Both the position numbers and the translations under genes were made by a program. A stretch of 64,000 nucleotides of DNA from Bugula neritina (Eukaryota > Animalia > Bryozoa), in assembly GCA_964035545.1 (NCBI GenBank), contig OZ037768.1, positions 10,200,741-10,264,740 of the forward strand, given 5' to 3'. Position 1 is the first letter of the stretch; the number at the start of each line of letters is the position of its first letter. The notes under the pieces were generated by a model that searched no databases, had not been told where the DNA came from, and saw only the letters and a list, made by a program, of their open reading frames with translations. Positions 20,083 to 33,182 of this stretch are shown here, piece after piece.

Positions 20083-20990
20083 ATGGCATCGAATTACATT
20101 GCTTGCACCCGAAGAGGAGTAAAAACACTACTTTCATCATTTCAAAGAGGTATAATTTTATTCTGAAGCTCTTTGGACTGAACACTGTATCAGTATACTA
20201 TAAATCACAAGGTGCTATATATGATGTTCAAGTGTGTCAGTCAAACTATTTTGTTGATACTAGCTTTAATAGATAGCATGTAATAGAACAGCTTAATTTG
20301 CATTGCAACGTTGTGTTAATTTTACAGTGACCCCAATTTGTGACATTTGCTTACAATACACTTAATGACATAAATTTTGCAGCTTCAATTGAAATTTTTT
20401 TATATTTTATATCAAGTACATAAAAAAAGTATAGCTTTTTGTTTGCAAATGAAATAAGATGTTTTCTATTGACTCACTGTTACGAGCTGTCTTCATGATT
20501 GAGACCCTGATGACATGACCCCACATTTCTTGATACTATGCGATATATTTTAATCACTAAATAATTTAAATTAGTTAGAAAATACTAGAATATAAATGAA
20601 AATAGTTAGCTATTTGTAAAGGATGACAGGTAGATAGATGTGCAACTAAATTGACATGACAAATAAGCAGTTGGTATTGAATAATGGCCAATAAGGCTAG
20701 CTACCGGCTTCATTTGAATTGTAGTCTCAAGTTATTCACAGTCAAGAGATAGCAGTAATAATAGTGATCGCCCCAAGGCTCCCATAAAGACTCCTGTCAC
20801 ACCACGAGGAAAATTGGATAGTTTTAGTGAACTTCCAGAACATGTAACTCACCCTGATCAGGAAAAAGAGCCCTTAGAACGATTTCCAAATGACATAAAC
20901 CCAAAAACTGGAGAACAAAATGGTCCTAGAGGCCCCGAGCCAACTAGGTATGGAGATTGGGAAAGAAAAGGCAGGGTGACAGACTTTTAG
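20083..20990 (+). CDS. SDHAF4: Succinate dehydrogenase assembly factor 4 (110 aa; exons 20083-20149 and 20725-20990)
   Basis: Exon 2 ends in the family signature [40 protein letters not shown]. Exon 1 [22 protein letters not shown] resembles a mitochondrial presequence and joins in phase 1 (67+266=333 nt). Confidence 0.92.
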
Positions 20991-21354
20991 CAAATTTACA
21001 GAACACATGATCACATTTTTATTTATTAATTTTGAGAATACTGATATACAGATGATACATAAAAGTAATAATATATACACTTTACATACAATACCATTAG
21101 CATATTGGTTTCCTGTCCATTTTGTTATTTACCATTTCAATTGGTGCATCTAAGTAATAGTTTCAAATGATTACCAAGGATTGCACACACAAAAAATGAA
21201 ATTTCACAAGTATGTATTTAGACCAAAATCTTTTAATCCAATAAAAAAGCTAACAGTTGGGTAAAAGAGTTTTAGAGAAAGTAAAATATTAATTGTCCAT
21301 AATTTTTAAGGCCCTTTTAAACATATAGCATTTGTGAAATCTGCCTGTTAATCT

Positions 21355-24300
21355 TTAGCCTCGCAAGGCTTGGAACTCATTGAATACTGTGAGTATGTGA
21401 AAGTCAATGTCGCTGGTAAACAGGAGGGTTTCCAGAGTGTTGTTGTACTGCCTCACAACACTGTGATGCTACAAGAGAATCAACACACTCATCATTTTCA
21501 ATGTGTAATCAATTTCCACATGACAACTATTTATGACAACAAATAAGGTTTTGAGAGAACCTCAACTATTGTCCTGTGTAAACCAGATATTCATAGTATG
21601 AAAGGTGCGGTATTAATACCTGTAAGAAAACTTGTCTGAGTCTATCCAGAGCCCATTTGAACCAAAGTGTGTTGACTTCTTGGCCATGGGTTTCGCTATT
21701 GGCAATGTGATTTGAAAGCATCATGATGAACCGCTACAACAAAAGTTGGTGACTAACTGTATGGAATAGCGGTCATCAAGAGGGTTATTGAGTAGCATAA
21801 ATATAACTTGAAATGCATATGCAAAATAATTACAGTATACAATTACCTGAAAGATAATAAGAAACAGGTTTTTCTGGTCACTTTGGGCAATGTCAAGCTT
21901 TTCTTCTAAGTCCTCGATATCTTCTTCTGTAGGCACGTTTTCATCAACATCCAGGCCATCACTGACCTTGTTAGCGGCCTCTTCCTTTTTATCCTTTATT
22001 TCCTCTACTTCTAACTGCAACTGATTGACCTGCTTGTTCATCTTCCTAATGCTAGCATGCAGCGTGTCCCACACATAGAACCTGCACACGTTAACTCAAT
22101 GATTAACTCAGAAATAAACATCTGTGTGAATTCAGAATCCAAAAAGCAAAAAGAATACAACCACTGCATATATCGCAGAGCTTGAGAATTATTGTGTTGA
22201 CAATAAGTATCAGGTACTCATAATCAGCACACATACAGGTTAAGACGATTTAGACCAAACATCTTGTTGATCAATCAGAGCAACTGTTGCTCAGGTTTCA
22301 CCTTGTAAAGTCTCTCATCATTTCTTCACTGAATATCCAGTTGGCCACTGCTGAAACACTCAGCAGGTTGGTCTTCATCATCTTGTTCACAAGCACTAGC
22401 ATCATCTGCTGGTGGTCAGACCACAGGTCATACATGGACTTCAAGATACATTGCTGTCCTTCTTCTGTACTGCCCAACTCTTTAAACACTTTGCTGAATC
22501 TACAGTGAAAGTGCTACCCGTCAACAGGCTGCACATCTTGCTAAACTAAACTAAACATTTTGCTAAACTGATGAAGTTTGAAATTTTGATTTTCAACAAA
22601 AATTAACAAAAAGTAGCACAAGTTTATTTAAGACTACACAATATAGGAAGTTTAAAAGTGAAAAGCACTGTGTTAAACAGTGAGATCAAAAAATCAACTT
22701 TTCTGTAGCTAATTATTTCAGCTAGCAGGTTATTCTACCTAATTTTGACCATTAAATTTATAGTACATATATTTCAAAGCTATTGAGTATGAAAAAAATT
22801 GAAATTATTATTAATGGTGGAAGCATAACTCTGGCAATGACATAAGTGTTAGGGGACCAAATTGTGTGGTACAACACTTAGACTAATCATTATTAAAACT
22901 AATCATTATTGATAAACTTGAAATTGAGTATATATTTGAATTTTGAGTCACATATAAAAAGAGACACACAAGAAGATGTACGGTGGTAGAGTTTAAAGTT
23001 GACATCAACTGCAAGATAACTTACTTCGCTATGGCAGCAAAAGAGTGGCTGAATGACTTGGCACCGAGATTAAGCAAGGTCTGAACAAAAACATCTATAG
23101 CCAAGGGGTTGTGGGTATGTTCCACGCTGTCACCAAGAGGATTAGGTATCTCCTTAAGGAAATCCAGAACATCTTCTGGTGTACACTTGGCCTTAATAGA
23201 CTTGGTCAGTCTGAGTGAATACATAACTTCTGGCATGGGTTCTGTTTCTATCTCTGAAAGAAAAGCATTTAGATGCAGATACTCAAAACACATTTCATGT
23301 AATTTATTGTAGAAAGTAATATGATATGAAGCAAACTATTTAATTTATATTCCAATAAATTCAGAAACCCAATTGTAATCACATCACATCAGCATTTTTG
23401 AATATTCCCATACTAAATGCAAAAATATGTTAGCATTATCCAAAAGAAAAAAGCAATCATCTAACATTATAATCATTGATTACCCTAGTTGCGCCAGAAA
23501 ATAAATAAGAAATAGTCATAGTGATCAGGCAGACAGATAAAATGCTTACCATCATCCGGGGCATGGTATCGAAACTTGGGTCTCGGCTCTGCTGGTAATA
23601 TTGATGCAAACTCATCAGGGCACATTTCAACAATCCTCTTATGGTAGGACAACCTGCGAAAAATAGCAAAGCCTTGTACTATGTGTATGGTAAGCCTGTG
23701 AAATTATACAAATATATTTACCAAATATATCAAATAGCAATATTTCACATCATAATCAGAGTTAAGCAACACCAGCTCCAATTAATCCAAGGAAGAGTTG
23801 TACTTCACACTACCAAGTAATACTTCTGTAATAAAATTCCCCATTAACCTGTATCCTTTACAATAACTGTATTTACCACAAGCATTTGGTAAGGAGCTCT
23901 CTAACAAACATGGCCTTGGGAGCCATTGGATCCATTTTGAGTACCTCACTCCAGTCTTCCCATGTCCATTTAAATTGAAAGTTACTCAGATGATAAGAAA
24001 GCCAATTGACAAATCTACAACAAAAAAGGGTAAAGCATAATCCCAGTATCATATATAATATATGATAATATAATATTACAATATAACAATAATATACAAT
24101 AATGCTTTTTGTAGACAACAACAAAATACTAACCTCTCAATGCACACAGTGTTCATTGAATCAAGACGAGAGAATAACATTTCAGTGGCTTGAACCAACA
24201 CTATAGGCATAGTACTGGGCTGCAGTTTACACAGCTCTAGGATGAGCGAGTGGTAGAAAATTTCAACTGTTGGTGGGTTTGGCAGATGAAACATTTGTGC

Positions 24301-27300
24301 AAACACAGTCTCTATGATCATATAATTGAGAGGGATTTTCTCTTCTTTGAACATCAGCAACGAGGCAGCACTACAGTATAATATAAAGTGAAATAACAGC
24401 GTGATAATAATATAATGATCTACAAACAGAATGTAAAATGTTGTTACAAAGAGCTAGAATATACTATAATGTGGAAAGTAGCTCACGAATCAATACTATC
24501 ATGCACAAAGCAGCAACCATATAAACATCTATAAGCTTTATATTGCAAACGACAACACAAACCAATGTTGATTATAATAATTTGTTCGAAATGATGAAAA
24601 CATGAACAATTCTACAATGTTGCCTAGTTTTAGAAGCTAAAAAATCAATATATCTTACAGAACAAAGTCCTAACAGCATGTACAAGTAAGAGTTGAGACA
24701 ACTTATTAATAGCAAATACTACATAGCTGGATACAGATGACTAGAATTAATGGCAGCTCACCAATCTTTTCTTTCATACTGATTTAGAAGGAGAGTTAAG
24801 TGTAGCTGTTCATCAATAATGAACCTCTCAATAGAGTGTGATCCAGGAAGTACAGTGGTTTCCTGCAAATACATTGTTTCAAGCAATTGAACCGAAAATC
24901 TCACAATTGTGAGAAATTTTTGATACAATTATAATATATACAGTTTGAAAGTAATAAACAGGTGACAAATTTGAAAATTAATTTCTGAACCTCCTAGTCC
25001 TAAAATGAATGTTGACATCACAACTTACATCAGGTACGTCAGTGTAGTCAAACATTCTGAAAACAACAACAGGGAGTGGATAGAGAGCATCTTCGTGGTG
25101 AGAGGGGGGTATGATATTCGGCAAAGTGTGCTGAAGTGCATCTTGAAGTACACCTTCGAAAGCTAAATAAGGTCTTCGTATCAGCCGCTCTGTCCAAGCG
25201 TTGCTTTGAAGATGTTTAATCTGAGCCCACATGCAATCCAGTCTCTATTTGTATAACAAAATCATCAATGAATATAAAATATAGAACAAAAAGGTAGTTA
25301 TGCTACAACCAAAGCCTCTGCAGATACTATGCTAATTGATGCCACAATGACAAACACAACATGTATACTATTGAATAGGACTACAAACATACGCTGGACT
25401 TTTGATAATACTTGATCAGGAGGGTTACTAAATGGGCCTCAAACAGCATTAATCTTATTCACAGCCAATCAAAGAGCAAAATAGCAGCTTTTCTATAGTA
25501 AGCCATATACCTGATTCTCATGTGCACATGACTCTACGCCAAACAAATAAGCAGATCTTAAACATTTCATTAACCATAAGAAATATACCAAATTCCCTCA
25601 TATAAAACTTTTATTATTAGTTACTAACTCTTACAGTTTACAAAACTGGTTCGATCAACCTTCATGTCAAGCCAAGAGCCATAACTCCAACCCAGAAAAT
25701 AAAGGAATATCACATCTACTAAAGTCTTGTATAACGAATTAGTTACTACAAGCTCAAGAATTGTTATCACGATTACAACTTTCACACTAGACTGGCGAGA
25801 TAAGAACTCACATCTTCCTGCACATGAGGGCTGTCACTTGACCACACTTTGAGAGCGTGGAGGTGAGTCTTGGATCTCTTGCCAAGATAGCTTTGTATGG
25901 AAACCAACAGCTTGTTAAATTCATTCTCTGTCTTGAGAAACAGTTCCTTACCAACCCAGGGCAGAGTGTAGAGTACAGTGTGGACGTACCAGTCAGATCT
26001 AGTCTACACAAAGAAGATAACTTTCGCAATGAGTTTGAAATAAACTTCAATTCGACTGTTTATGACTGTTTATCTAATTTATTTATGATTAAATTTTCAG
26101 GTTTTATTAAAATATTCCTGACACATAACTGATGTGGCTTGAAAGTTAAAACTTTGAACTTTCAAGCCATATCAGTGATTAAACTGGACGTTGCAGCAGC
26201 TAAAAATAGCATGCGATGAAAGTTAGCTTAATTTATAGTAGCAGTAAAGTCAAAGCCGACGGAAAAGTTATTCGCAAGAGATCATAAATCCCATATCATT
26301 TCAGCACATACTTGCACAAAATTCATTATGAAACAAAATTGATTAGGCATACAACCTTAAAACAATATAAAGATGAAAACTAATTCAAATATAAGAATCT
26401 TTTAATACTGCATAAGTAAAGTGTGTCAGGGATTCTCTAAGTATGAGTTCCAACGTAATTAAAATATTTTTCTGCTTTGTTTCTGAGAAAAAAGACAACT
26501 CCTAATAATTTACTGAACATAGAAGTTAATGAAAATTGTTTATTGGCTAGTAAAAACCTCAATGGAAAATTGATATGAAAATCATTACACAAGAAAACTT
26601 ACCTGTGGAATGTTATCTTCCAAACAAACCTCTATGAAATTATCATACAGAGAGAGTAGTGATGAAGCACTCACTACATGACAGTTTACAAGGTCGGCCA
26701 GGAACAAAATCTAGAAACATACATGAACCAAAGTTCTTTTCGATATATATGTTACAAGTATAGAAAATAACTTTGAACTTACGCCTTGATAAGAAATTTG
26801 TCATGAGAGCAGGTCTTCATATTAAAAAACTCACCATGTATCTAGCTTTTTCAAATTCACAAGCCTTCAGCACATCTTTCAAGTCCCTCACCAGAATTTC
26901 TATAAACTAGAGTCCAAAATAACTGTGTTAGTAAATTCTTCAACATTTTTTTAAGAAAGGATGTATATTTTCTGCCTTTAAGCAGTTTATTATTGTAAAC
27001 ATATATTAAAGACTAGGTTGACCAAAACAGAGAAGAATTTTAGAGTCAGTTACTTTTAGTAAAAACGAAATTTTGAAGAGTGGATTATACAAGAAACACA
27101 TGTTCTGCACATGGCATCAGTTGATATTAAGTTCCTTTGATAAGGTAATCATTACTAACCTCGGCACCACATGCATAGTTTTTAGCATTAAGCAGGCCCA
27201 CGAGAGTTGTGTACACTGTCATTTTATCAGGATATCCAATAACCCTTGAACATACATAAACATCAAATATCTTACTTTAGCGTTTTAGTTGTTCTTTAAA

Positions 27301-28784
27301 TGAAACAAAGAAGTAATAGTATGACTATCTATTTAAATGCTACGACATGTTTTATCTGCAAATTTTCAATTAATAACACGTTGAAAAAACATACACATCG
27401 CACAAAATTCTGATAATTTTGGTTTTATAGTTGGCAATATCATGCTCCAAGACAGCAGCAAGACCTTCCAGGTTGGATTCCAAAGAAGCAGAACTCTAAA
27501 AATACATAAATAAATAAATTTTTAAAAAAATCTTATTTTAATACATAATTTCAACTTGTAGACTGAAAATTCCATTGTTGACCAACAGGTAAGACACCTT
27601 ATGAAAATCAGACTTTAACAATCTGGAAAAGGAAGCAATCTACGAGTATATAACCAATACTGACAAAAATTCCAACAAAGCTTAGTAAAATTGTTTTCGA
27701 GAGATTACAACAGCTATCTCCTCTATGATAGACAATGTTACTAAGCCTAGCAAAAATATTGTTCAAAACTGATTTATAGATATTGATATATTTGGTAAAG
27801 TCAGTCTTCAGTAAGCTAACTGAGTGCTTTCTGAGCACCCATCTTCAACTGAATAGTAATTTGATCAGTATTTACTACTTGATTGACTTTTTAAAGATGG
27901 TTTCCTAAAGCTCAAGGTTAACACAGGCCAGTTTTAGTTTGAAATTTCCTTATATTAATGTAGAAATGATCTAACTTAACACCGTAATTCAAAATGTATA
28001 GCTTCATTAAATTACGTCTTCTCTATTATTTGCATTATTGTGTTATATGCTGAAAATGAGGGTATGGGTGTGCTCTAAAACCTGCATGTATGTTCAAATG
28101 TACGAATCCTTTTGAAAGCTACTCTATCAATCGCTTACATATTTCCATTATTTCATACTTGAAAATACATAGCTATGTATTGTTGAACATATTTTTTATC
28201 TGGCTACAACGACATATTTGTTAATAATTTCAGGGTGAGGTGGGAAGGGGGGGGGGGCAATAATTATCGTTGCCTACACTTTAAAAAATGGTAAAACTAC
28301 AATAATTAGTTATACTATGCAGTATGAACATGCATGCATACCTTGTCACCAACTTTCAAAATAAGTTTTTCTAGACGTTCTTCAATATCGATGTTTTCTG
28401 TTCTATGACGTTTAGATCGCGATCGACCTGATAATGAGAAAAAACTATTGAAAACTGAATAAAAAATTGATTAAATAAAAATAGTATTGAAGTAAGTTAT
28501 AAGCCATGAGTGTTATTTCAGGCAAAAAGAAAAGTTAGTGTGAGAACATCACCAATGTTGAATTATCACATCTAGACCCATTTAAAGATACATGGCTAAC
28601 GAATTCGAAATTAAATTAAAATCTGTTACGTAAAAATTAATCTCTAAGAAACACAACTAAAATCAAGCTCTGCAAATGTAACACCAATTCGAAGTTTGAC
28701 AAGAATTAGTTGGCTATAATAATAATTCTACTTACCATCATCTGAATCACTATCATCGTCTTCATGAGCTCTTCTACGTGACAT
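21355..28784 (-). CDS. NCBP1: Nuclear cap-binding protein subunit 1 (CBP80), multi-exon
   Basis: Start [13 protein letters not shown]; internal motifs [75 protein letters not shown]; end [26 protein letters not shown]. Confidence 0.96.
26128..26176. repeat. Near-perfect 49-nt hairpin in an NCBP1 intron
   Basis: actgatgtggcttgaaagtt / aactttcaagccatatcagt forms a 20-bp stem with one non-Watson-Crick pair. Confidence 0.8.
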
Positions 28785-30732
28785 TCTGTTACTTATACCC
28801 TAAAATAAAATCGGAAATTCAACATTTTCAGCAGATTGTGATTTAACATGAAAACAGAGAATATCATTTAGATAGCTGATAAATTAAGTTAAAAACATGT
28901 AAAAACCAAATTCAACACACAAATTTTAGCAATATGACAATGTACAACATCTTATTAAAATATGTTTCTAAAGTTTTGGTGACTACTTTCTAAAATTATC
29001 AGTCTATTATCACTGATTTTTATTGCTTTATCTTTCAAAAGCACTTTGTACCCAATTGCGGATAAAACTCAAAAAACTTATTTGACCTAGTAAATTTTTT
29101 TTAAAATAAAAACGACCAACAAGATCCTAACTAAAAACTATTGTGCTAAAAACAGAATACTCACTTAAGCGTCCTTGTAAAATTAAAATATCATGATAAA
29201 GTGAGAAAAAATAATTGCGCAATGATAATCTTAATCATGAATCACAATTAACTGAACAAATAGCTGTAATCGTAATGATTATCATAATGGTTAAACAATA
29301 ATGAATGAACTACTTATAATCATAGCCTATTATAAAATTAAATATATTACTTATCATTATCAGTATCCATGACTTATTCTTGACTATTCAGAAAAATTTC
29401 TATTTGCAATTGAGTTACCTGACAGCTAATATATTCACACAGATGATGATAAAGAGTATTAGTGTGAAGCTGAACATCATCAATATCTAAATCGATTGAG
29501 CAATCAGTGTGAATGTGCCGTTGTGATTGTTCATCATTATAAGTGTGAATATCATGGTTACCTATTGCTATAACCTTATGAGTTGTGACTAACTCTGAAC
29601 ATAGACAGTTATCTCTAAATAAGTATAAGCATTAGTATAAGTATCACTATCAATTATCAACACCAAAATTATTAGAATAATTATATAAAAATAACTATAT
29701 ATTTGTAACTATAAAAAAAGATTCAGATTGTCCTCTTGAGTAGGCTATAGATAATACTAATAGTCTATAGATAATGATAATGAATATGACAATTACAATC
29801 CTACAGCCATAGGCAATAATTCTACCAGTACCCCAAGTTAAGTGAAATCATTAATCTACCAGTACGATACCCTTACTTAACTTATGTAATTATATTCATA
29901 ATAATTATAATAACAATAACAATTACAGTACTACTCAAGTTCCACCTAAGAATAAGGCTAATGGCTTAAACTTATAGTTGTACTTAATCTTATACTAATA
30001 CTTATAGTTATACTTATTAATTATTATATTAATATAATTATATATATAATTATAACTAGTACTTTAAGTTTGATACTAAGTTATTACACATTCACATTAA
30101 AAATTAAAATATTTCTTTTTAGTTTAAATGCTTTTAGTTTTTGAATTGAAAATGTTTCGCAAAGTGTCAAAGACAAACTGAAACATAAACTTAAACTAAA
30201 CATTTTGATTTTGATTTTTTACAGCTTGATTAATTTTAAAATTTAGGTGATACTGATAGATATACTATTACTATTAGTGCACGGTGATAATTGTAAGACT
30301 AAGAATTAATATGTATAAATATTACTATTACAGTAACATATTTACTTTTAGTATTATTATCTCTAATCATTTATAGTTTAAATTCTAATAATAACACGAT
30401 AGAAATTGAAATGCCAATGACGAGCAGCTACTTGGTTTACCGACGGATATGGAGGAAAAGTATAGCATGCCTCTATAGCTTACATGTTTGAACATTTGAA
30501 AAAATGAGCACAATATGTTATAATTTAAAATTTGTTTTTTTTGTATAATAAAAAATATTTTCAAATTTCTTTTACTCGTTACTCGTCATATGTGATTGCA
30601 AAGTACTAACACATCTTTTCCGGTCAAGTGGTGACATGAATAAAAGGTAGTAATCCTTGCGTACGGATTACTTTTCAGTTTCTTTAAAGGGACTGCTTCT
30701 TGTGACTGCCACTTCCCAGCCGTTGTGTCAAC

Positions 30733-33182
30733 ATGAGAATAGAAAAGTGCTTTTTCTGTTCATCAAATGTTTATCCAGGTCATGGTGTAGAATTTGTCCG
30801 CAATGACTGCAAGGTACATAATACTGACTGAGTACTGACACTCAGTCTCACACTGACACTGACAGTGACACTGACAGTAACACTAACAGTAACACTACTC
30901 ATAATCATACTGATACTGTCACTTGGCATTAAGTCTAATAAATCAGTTAGACTAATACTATTGGTACTTCTATTACCATTACTGATAGTGATAGTGACCG
31001 CTAAGACTAAAAGTACCATTAGATTTAGTAAATTAAAATATATTTATACTTATTTATAGTTATATCTAAACTTATACTTATTTATAGTTGTGGAGTATAA
31101 CTATAACCTATGGCTATACTTATAACTGTAGCAATAATCATAATGATAATAGTATTTAAATTATTAAAAGTAAATATCTGATAGTCGGTGATAAATGTGA
31201 AATTCATATTGAGCAAAATTATAAGTTTTCGGAGTAAGTAAAATATAACGCTAATAGTAATGTCATAATGTGAATGACTGAAGTCTAAAAACCAGTGTTT
31301 ATTGCTGAATTTTAACTATTACTATTCAACTAAAACCAGTATCTAATGGCAGGCAATGGCAATGCAAATAGTATACTCTGTTTTTAGCAATCACAATGTG
31401 CTTCTAGTTATGCTTCGGCTGGCTAAACGTAAATGTTATGACTAAATTTATAAAGACAGTAATACTTAATGATATTAAACCTCCAAAAAATATGACAGCA
31501 TAAGTATTAGTTATTATTTTTAGGTTTACTTTGCTTTTATTAATTGTAACTTTAACTTAAATAAAGATGCTATCCAAATAAAGTATAACTGTGCTTCTAA
31601 AAAGTTTGCTTGTATTACAGATATTCAGATTTTGCCGTGGTAAATGTCACAAGGCATTCAAGCGAAAGAAGAATCCAAGAAAAACTAGATGGACAAAGGC
31701 ATACAGAAAGACAAATGGAAAGGAGTTGACAGTAGATCCAGCGTTTGAGTTTGAAAAACGCAGACATGTTCCTGTAAAATATGATCGAGCCATGTGGCAA
31801 AATACTGGTTAGTAAAATTCTTATGATCAAGTTTAAATATATTAGATAATTGATTTTTTTTCAAAATTTGTAATTATATTTGTGATTATGTAACATTTTA
31901 GTTATTGAGGTTATTGATTTACTTCAATGGAATTTTAGTACAGTTTTATTATTTTCAAAGTTGTGTACACTTTATGCTATTTTTTGTAGTTGAAGCAATG
32001 AAACGAGTTGAAGAAATTCGAGTGAAACGACAAAATCAATATATTTTGAACAGGTAAGTTAGTAAGATACCTTCTACAGTAGGATGAGTGTACATATTAT
32101 GGTTTTAATCATATAGAATAATTTATTGAGTGTAATTTTTTATGGCTTCTCTCTTTTCCATCATGAGTGACGCAAATACACTGAAAGTTTTTTTAGGGAC
32201 TAAATTATCTTGATTGTTACAACTGTAATATATCAGTCCTTCTTACAGTTTTGCTCATCTTTAGTCTAGCTGCAAATAGTATTTTGGAGTTCTACTCTGT
32301 ACTGTAATAAGATTTACTCAAGGATTTGTTACAGCTAGAGTATGCGATATATATATTAACAGAAACTAAGAATCATTAAAGTATGTTGGGCATAATGTAA
32401 TAACAAAGTTTGTAGTTGCAACTTAGCTTTATTTTTACAGTCCACCTTTGTTGATGGTTAGCTCGGTTTAAAAGTGTATTAATTATTGCACCAACATATT
32501 TGTGTATTTAGACTAAAAGTTGGTAAGAAGTTGAGGAAAGCAGATGATGTTAAAGTATATAACACTCAGATTCATCTCATTCAATCACCTGCTGGTAAGT
32601 CTCATTCTTACCAAGTTTATCACATTATGCATAAGTTAAAAATCTTTTCATGCATAGCAACTTGTTGTGTCATTGGATTTCTTTATTTTATTTTAAATCC
32701 AAATAAAATAAATGATGTATTTTTATTTTATATCACTTGTGTGATGCATTCATCAGGAATTTTTGCCTTACTAGAATTTATCAAAATTATTCATACAATC
32801 AATATATTTATTAAGTTTTTTTTTCCGAAGTTTGCATATCTCATATTATATAGATTCAGCAAACCTCAAGTTTTCTAGTACTATGAATGAAGAGTTGTTT
32901 GCAAATGATTAATTTTAGTTGCATTTTCTCAATTTTAAAAACTGCTCATTTCATACTCTTATATTTTGCTTGTTGCAGCCTTTTTACCAGCATGTAGGAT
33001 ATCCTACCATAAATTCGGTTCACCTATGACTAGTATGTCTTTTACACAGTTATATTCGTAAGCCTTGCAAATTATTATTGTCTTTTATAGCTACTAAAAA
33101 AGGAAAAGCGTTTGTTGAGATTGAGCAAGATCTTTCTGATGAAGATATGGACGCTGAGGAGGCTGAAGAGATTGTTCTCTGA
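30733..33182 (+). CDS. RSL24D1: Ribosome biogenesis protein RLP24 (5 exons)
   Basis: [27 protein letters not shown]|[30 protein letters not shown]...[14 protein letters not shown]...[14 protein letters not shown], with an acidic tail ending TGA at 33180-33182. Confidence 0.96.
30820..31160. repeat. Hexamer-periodic low-complexity tract in RSL24D1 intron 1
   Basis: actgac actgac agtgac actgac agtaac actaac ... actgat agtgat agtgac. Confidence 0.75.

Noticed and set aside
30780-31059. Hydrophobic or Thr/Ser-rich ORFs (also 52310-52555 and 53779-54139)
   Set aside because: These are translations of hexamer-periodic tracts or alternative frames of a low-complexity exon.
32125-32250. H/ACA snoRNA in RSL24D1 intron 3
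   Set aside because: Two plausible hairpins and a terminal ACA are present, but there is no ANANNA H box between them. An Rfam/Infernal search would be needed.
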